A stretch of DNA of 64,000 nt from the human T2T-CHM13v2.0 reference genome, Homo sapiens: the NCBI RefSeq assembly GCF_009914755.1, contig NC_060932.1. The stretch is one strand, 5' to 3'. Shown piece by piece: positions 56,864 to 64,000 of this stretch. The notes beneath the pieces were generated by a model. It was not told the origin of the DNA and did not search any database. It saw nothing but the letters and a program-made list of their open reading frames with translations. A program made the position numbers and the translations under genes. The first letter of the stretch is position 1. Every line of letters begins with the position of its first letter.

Positions 56864-59554
56864 TTTGTTTCTAAGAACTTTCCAAACCCTATATTTTATG
56901 CTTAAGAACAAAAGAAACTAACATATTGGTGGAAGTTTCTATAAATTACAGGGAAAAACATTTGTAAACTGGATCAATCTGGAAACATCATAAAGACAAA
57001 TATATGCTTTAAAAACATTAAGGGACATTAATGTATTTAATTAGTAAACATGCTGGTAAATGGGAAGTACAACCTGAACCATGGTCACCTTCTGTGCTAA
57101 AATTGGTAAGGCATCACTCTACCACATTTCCCAAAGACTTCAAGATGGTTTCAGATTGAAAAGAAGCACTCCAGAATTTGTAGACAGTAGGCTTATAAAA
57201 CCGTTTAATACTATGTTAGAAATGAGAAGGAAAGTTTTGATACCATTATATTTTATAAGTAATTTATTTTTTCGTGTTTCAACAATTGCTGGATGTAATA
57301 GTTTATTATCTATTTAGTTTCTAATTTTACATTCATTCAACACATCTGAATTTTGCACTTACTTTGTATTCAGTACCTTTTCTTCTGTTTTAAAAAGAAC
57401 ATACACACATATATACAAAACAACAACAAAAATCTTTATTTAGTATTCCTTTATTGAATAATTATATGGAATACAAAATTGGAGCTAACATGACTACTAA
57501 AGGTACCACAGTTGTAAGATATTGCATATACCTTTTGTAGGATCTGATGTGTTAATACAATTAAAATAATCTATATCTATTTTTACCAAATTATTTATCC
57601 TCCAGAAAACATGAAACTTCAAGAGAACATACCCAATTTTAGATGCAAAAAAATTTCCTTTCAATAAACCCTCTAAATATATCATGAAGAAACACATTCT
57701 GAAATAAAAGAATTTATGAATAATTATTAGTAATTTACTTGAGTATTTTAGAAGCTAATATATTAATTTATTTAAATTAACATTGAAAAGTGGCAATAAA
57801 TGAATTTAATTATTCAAGTAAAAGAAAATTGTACTTAGTAGAAAAAGTAGTTTTAATTATGCAATATACTAAAGATAACAGGAAGTATATCTCTAGATCC
57901 AGACAAAAACATTCTGTTTAGATATTTTTCTTCTAAAGAATATTATTAAATAAATGGGCCTTTGTCATTTTAAGATAAAATTAAAATTCATAAAGTTTTT
58001 AAGAGGACATTTATAGTCAAAAATTTTAAACTCCCTCTCTTCTAGAAATAGAACTATATTAATCACTATGCATATTAAGGTAAAAAATAACTACTTTTAT
58101 GTAGCGAGTATGGCAACTGATTTGAGAGATTGCCACCAATATACTCCTACTGAGACTAATACATTTTAGTTATTTTCTATAGAACAACATTAAAAAAGAT
58201 TGAAATCTGTTGTAGCCTAGCAACAACAGAATAGAATATTGCAGTTAATCAGACAGAAGAAAATAATACTTTCTTTCTATGTAATTCTCTAGTAATGACA
58301 GAGGTAGGGCAGAGGAAATTATTATGTGTCACGTAATGCTCTTTTGAATAAATGTTAAAACAGGTAAAATTTACTTTACTATAAAATGTGAATTATGAGA
58401 CTACATATTGAATAGAGTTGTTTTAATTAAATCTGATTATTCTTAACTTTTCTCATCTCTCAATTCCCAATTATTAAAAATGCACATAGCAACAGGGCAT
58501 AATGTAATAATTTTAATCCAACAGACTAAGTTACCCTTAATTAAGTTATGCAAAATTTGGCTTAGAAATCATTCACCTATTTGCTTTTGTACAGTCCTGA
58601 ATAAATATAACTATGGCCAGAGTGGTATAAATTTATTGCAGAATAAATTACATTTGGAGGATAATAATAATTAAAATATTGAAATATCATGACATGGTAT
58701 TTTTATTTATTACACATAGAAAATATAAGAATTTTAGAGCAGAATAAAGACTGCTTCACCAAATATCCTTGGCTCATACATCAGAAAGTTCAACTATATA
58801 GATAGTAAATTAGTTGTTCAGTGAACAAGTTAAAACATCCTACATTGAATAAAAGTTTCTCTGAATTCAAGTCTAGTGGTTTATTATACGTAGTGCATTT
58901 TGTCTTTTTCACCTCTTTTTAATTACCTTAGATAGAACATTCAGCAGTACCATGAAGGCGGAAATAGTATATGAGATACACAGTTCAGCAACTCTCACCT
59001 TAGCTTATGATCACAAACTCCTTCATAGAGAACATTGAATCACAATTGATTCACATAGCAAACGTGAGCATTGAATCACATAGCAAAAGCTATGCTCAGA
59101 AATAGATGTATCAAATGTGATTAACATAAGAATGTCACTCTGTTTAATGTAATAATTTACTATGATTTAATGAGAGTTTTCAAGTGAATCAAATTATGTA
59201 ATAATCATAACTATCTACAATAATAGAAAATAAAGCTAAGAATTTGCAAGCAAAGTTAAAACAAAATTAATTCAACTTCAACTTTTCATCTATGAGAGTA
59301 ATTGATTGGTACTAGACTTACCATATTTCCTTAAATAGCTATAAAACTGAGGGAAAAAAAAGGTGAGGCAACATTTTTCAGATACTAGGTAAATAGCTGT
59401 AAGAGGGTCGTTATCCTTGAGAGAAAGGAAATACACAAAAAACACCCAATATACGCAGGCTCTCTGCCCAAGAATAATGTTCCTATTGCAGACAGAGACG
59501 AGGCCTAGATCCACATGTGGAGAGCCAGGGCTGCTGGAACCAGCGGGTGGGAGA

Positions 59555-60539
59555 GAGGACCAGCTCCATGGCCCATAAGCTGTGCAGTCATGCAAGCCCC
59601 ACACTCAGAAGGGCTCACATTTAGTCTAGTCCTCTACTGCTACAGTCTTGAAATTCTCAGCACCTTCATCTTTGAACTTGTGTTTCACAATTGAGACCCA
59701 ATGGGACCATAGTGCATGTATGTGAGGCGAGGTGAGACTCGCACACGCATGTCTGCTGTTCCTTGCTGCGCCACTCACAGTGTTTGTGGTGGAACACAGA
59801 ATTCCAGTCGGCTCAGAAGGCGTGGTGTTTGTTCAATGGAATCCCAGGGAGTGCACCATCAGCCTGTCACATCCGCGACTGAGTAGGTGGCAGCTGCGGG
59901 AGTTCATGTTTTCTTTTCCAACTAGGGCCTGCTTCAAACGCAAAAAGAAGGCAATGACATTGTAAGGACCCCTGTCATATCCCTTCTTATTCATGTTACC
60001 TCCACGTTTAAACAAACACTTATGCTGAAAATGATAACATGAAAAGAAAGGGAAAGGCTGGTCATTTTGTAATCTTCTCCTTTTGATCATTTCTAACTAA
60101 TCAGTAAGCCTAAGGTCAAGAGTGCTGACAGAAATGCAGATATCAGTAAATGAAATGTTCTAAAAAGCTGAGTTTGTTTTTTGCAACGTTTCCATAGTTG
60201 GTAAGAATGAAACACGTATGTGTGTATGAGCTATAGAATGCAAATTGTGTGATTTTGATGAGTTTACATTATGAGTTAAATGCCTTTATGTCTGCTTTTT
60301 AAAAAGTGACATTTCACAATATAAAGGTGAATAATGAAATAAATGATAATAGTTACATTTTGAGATAATGTTAGATAGCAAATTAAAACTCTATGACAAA
60401 TCCAGAGACTAGAAATCATTGAAGAAAGTAAAAAGCTCATGTTTTAGTATCTTCAATGAAATTTTCTTCCTGTTTTTAAATAAGGGATCCTGCATATCAT
60501 TTTGCACTAAACCCCACAATTATTTAGTTGGCCAGACTG
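59555..60539 (+). mobile_element. MER45B-like hAT-Tip100 element, about 985 bp
   Basis: Start gaggaccagctccatgg...ctgtgcagtc...ctcagaagggc...tcttgaaattct. End catatcattttgcact...aattatttagttgg. 8-bp TSD gtgggaga / gtaggaga (7/8). Confidence 0.8.
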
Positions 60540-61541
60540 GTAGGAGAGGAAAAGCAAAGAGGAGATTAGAAGGAGAGACTGCCAGAAGGGCTAAATCTGG
60601 GCTGCAAATACACAGAATGTGGTGTTATGAGGCTTAGCAGAGAGTAATTTTCTGTGGCTTAGAAAGGAACATGAAGCAAAATACTAAGAAACATTAGGTT
60701 CTGGCATAGTAAGGAAATACTAAGAACAAAGACATCTTGTTAACATTGCTGGCGTTTGTGAGACACATGAAAAGCCAGCCTGCAGGATTTACTCTGTGGG
60801 AACAAATGCTATTCATTTATATAATAAAATCAAAGGAGAAGGTAAGAGTTCCAAACTTATTTTATCAGATCATCACGTAGCCCAGATACCAAAACATGAA
60901 AAATAAAAATTACACACTCATAATGTCTTTTATGAGCATAAATACACAAGTGCTCAACAAAGAATTAACAAATATGGCAAAATCAAAACAATAGTAATAA
61001 TATATCACAATCCAGTAAAATTTCTCCCAAGAATATAACTAGCTTATCATTAAAATATCAATAAATTAATGTTTATCAAATTAAAGAGAATAAAGAAGAA
61101 AAATCATATGATCATCTGGATACACAAAGAGCAAGCATTTGATAAAATTCAACATCCATTCATGAAAAAATATTCTCAGAATATTAGATGTCAAAGGGAA
61201 GTTATTCTACCTGATAAAAAAAATCCTAAAATATACTTCTAACAAACATTATGATAAATTAAATAATCTATTTGATGTTTTCCTTCTAATTACAATAAAA
61301 GCAAGGATATCTGCTCTCACCACTTCCATTCAACATTGTTTTGATAATCTCAAACATTGTTTGAGAACTTAACAAAAGTCATAAGTTATAGAAAGTGAAG
61401 ATTAAACTGTTTGTATTCATATATGACATGACTTTCTATTAAATCCTAAAGAATATTAAAAACCTTACTGGAATTAACAATAACTTGAGCAAGTTTAAAA
61501 GGTAGAAAATGATACATAAAAATTAACTGTATTTCTGTACA

Positions 61542-61977
61542 CAGCTGACCCTTGAATAAGGCAAGGGTTATGGATGCTGACCTCCACATAGTCAAAAATT
61601 TACCTATAACTTTTGACTCCCCCAGAACTTAACTACCAATAGCTGGCTGTTGGCCAGAAACATTACCGATAATATAAACAGTCGATTAACATATATTTTG
61701 CATATTATACATACTATATTCTTTCAATAAAGTAAGCCAGAGGAAATAAAATGTTATTAAGAAAGTCCTCAGGAAGAGAAAATATATTTACTGTTCATTA
61801 AGTGAAAGTGAACCATCATAAATGTTCTTCATCCTCATCAACTTCACATTAAGTAGGCTAAGGAGGAGGAGGAAGAGAGGGGTTGGTTTTATTGCCTCAA
61901 GGGTGGCAGAGTCAGAAGAAAATTCATGTACAAGTGGAGTTGCATGGTTCAAACCCATGTTGTTCAAGGGTCAACTG
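61542..61977. mobile_element. Tigger2a (MER28) non-autonomous DNA transposon, complete
   Basis: TIRs cagctgacccttgaa / ttcaagggtcaactg, 436 bp, TA on the right flank. Confidence 0.88.
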
Positions 61978-62323
61978 TACTAGCCACACTAAAATAGAAA
62001 ATAAAATCTGCTGATAAGCTGATGATCTACTTAAATGTAACCAAAATCATTAAAAATTTATATAAGAAACCAAAATAACTAGAATACTTTGAAATTCTGA
62101 AAAGAAAACAATTTGGAAAAAAAAATTCTCTATCCAATTTGAAGATGTAACATGTAGCTTTATTTACTTTATTTACATAGTAAATAATACTATGAACTAT
62201 AGGTGGTGGGATTGGCAGGTTAGTCAATGGAAAAGAATAGAGCATGTGGAAATAGCCCCACACAAGTATGACTAACATTTAACTAAGACGCAAAAGCACT
62301 ACAGTAGATGAAGGATACTCTTT

Positions 62324-62624
62324 TTCTTTTTTTTTTTCTTTTTTTTTTTGAGACGGAGTCTCGCTCTGTCGCCCAGGCTTCAGTGTAGTGGAGCGATCTC
62401 AGCTCTGCTCACTGCAAGCTCCGCCTCCCGGGTTCACGCCATTCTCCTGCCTCAGCCACCGGAGTAGCTGGGACTGCAGGCACCCGCCACCGTGCCCGGC
62501 TAATTTTTTTGTATTTTTTAGTAGAGACGGGGTTCACCGTGGTCTCGATCTCCTGACCTCGTGATCCGCCCCCCTCGGCCTCCTAAAGTGCTGGGATTAC
62601 AGGCGTAAGCCACCGTGCCCGGCC
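62324..62624 (-). mobile_element. AluY, Yd lineage (12-bp left-arm deletion)
   Basis: Sense strand reads gagatcgagacc|acggtgaa and has AluY aatggcgtgaacccgggaggcggagcttgc. Exact TSD gatactcttt at 62314-62323 and 62625-62634. Confidence 0.92.
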
Positions 62625-63594
62625 GATACTCTTTCAATAAACGATGCGATAATCAGGCAGAAATAGAACCTGGGCTTAAACTACATAACATCCTTAAATA
62701 TTAACTCAAGACAGACAGTGGACTTAAATTAAAAAGATAAAACTCTAAAAGTGTTTTTAAGAGAAGAAAACTAGGTAAGGACTTAGGACTTGGTAAAGAG
62801 TACTTATTTTGGCAAAAAATAATCAATAAACTGGACATAATTAATACTAAAAATTTTGTTCTACAAAGGACCCTGTTAAAAAGCTAAAAAGACAATCAAC
62901 AGACTGGGAGTAAATATTTTCAAACCACATATCTGAGAAAGGACTTATATCTATAATACATAAAGAGCTCTTGAAACTCAACAGCCAAAAGACAACTGAA
63001 AATGAATTAACTAGAAATGAACAGAACATTTCACTAAGGAGAATATATAGATGGGAAATAAGCACATGAAAAAATGTTCACCATTACTATGCATTAGGGG
63101 ATTGAAAATATGGACCATTGCATGGTATCATTAGACACCCATTAGAACAGATACAATAAAAAATGAGTGGCAATACCAAGGGCTGGCAAGGTGATGTGAA
63201 AAAGAATGATTCGCTGATACACTGCTGATAGGTATGTAAAACAGTGTGGCCACTTTGAAAAATTGTTTGGTCTGCTTTGTTTGCTTGTTTGTTTTATGAA
63301 TATTGACCATACACTTATCATACAACCCAGAAATATCATACCTGGGAATTTATTCTATGAAAATGAAGACATATGTGCACACAAAACTTTATGCAATTGT
63401 TCCTAGTAGTTTTATTTTTAATAGTAAAAAGCTAGAAACAAGTAAAATGTCTCTATTACATGAATAGTTAAATTGGATGGCTTTCAAGGGCATTATGCTG
63501 AGTAAACAACAAAACTCAAAGTGTGCATACCACTGAGATAACTGTATGATACCACTGAAACAACATTCTCGAAATGACAAAATTAGAGATGCTT

Positions 63595-64000
63595 CACATC
63601 ATCTCAGCCCAAAAGCTTCTTAAGCTGTTAAGCAACTTCAGCAAAGTCTCAGCATACAAAATAAATGTGAAAAAATCACAAGCATTCCTATACACCAACG
63701 ATGGGCAACCAGAGAGCCAAATCGTGAATGAACTCCCATTCACAATGACTACAAAGAGAATAAATACCTAGGAATTCAACTAACAAGGGAAGGGGAGGAT
63801 CTTCTCAAGGAGAACTACAAGCCACTGCTCAAGGAAATAAGAGAAGACACAAACAAACGGAAAAAAAATCCATGCTCATGGATAGGAAGAGTCAATTTCA
63901 GGACAGGAAATCAGAATCAATATCAGGATAGGATAACATGGATAAAGAGAATCAATATCATGAAAATGGCCATACTGCACCTGTATCCCCAGAACTTAAA
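63595..64000 (+). mobile_element. L1PA fragment: ORF2 RT-downstream segment fused to the extreme 3' end
   Basis: Peptide [33 protein letters not shown], then atggccatactgc|acctgtatccccagaacttaaa. Confidence 0.88.

Larger units (their letters stand above)
60800..63590 (+). mobile_element. Old L1 (L1M) ORF2 and 3' region hosting Tigger2a and AluYd
   Basis: aaatcatatgatcatc...agcatttgataaaattcaacatccattcatga, gcaaggatatctgctctcaccactt, gactgggagtaaatattttcaaaccacatatctga. Confidence 0.8.

Noticed and set aside
59030-59090. Degenerate repeats cattgaatcaca(tagcaaa)
   Set aside because: Small local slippage duplication with no further support for function.

Overview
AT-rich, repeat-dense primate genomic DNA. 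Alu S/Y, L1PA, THE1, LTR7 and LTR18 elements point to a catarrhine, probably human, but the species and locus cannot be determined from the window alone. It looks intergenic or deep-intronic. I found no supportable protein-coding gene, RNA gene, CRISPR array or prokaryotic system. The supplied ORFs that can be assigned are L1 ORF1/ORF2 remnants or chance ORFs over repeats, and the rest are short with no recognisable product. A large share of the window is nested transposable elements: old L1M, L1PA, Alu, MaLR/ERV solo LTRs, Tigger, Charlie and MER45. Family names are from recalled consensus sequences, not a database run, so subfamily calls and boundaries without a TSD are approximate. The most unusual structure is a 5.6-kb composite insertion (34003-39593) inside one 17-bp target-site duplication. 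It joins an L1 3' fragment, about 530 bp of non-L1 DNA and a 5'UTR-bearing L1PA8-like element. That element carries a 200-bp inverted duplication, a translocated 44-bp ORF1 copy, a fold-back and a roughly 2-kb deletion. Similar template-switch-like scars recur elsewhere in the window. There is also a candidate 21-nt microexon in unique sequence at 24818-24838. I do not see evidence for a new multi-gene biological system.
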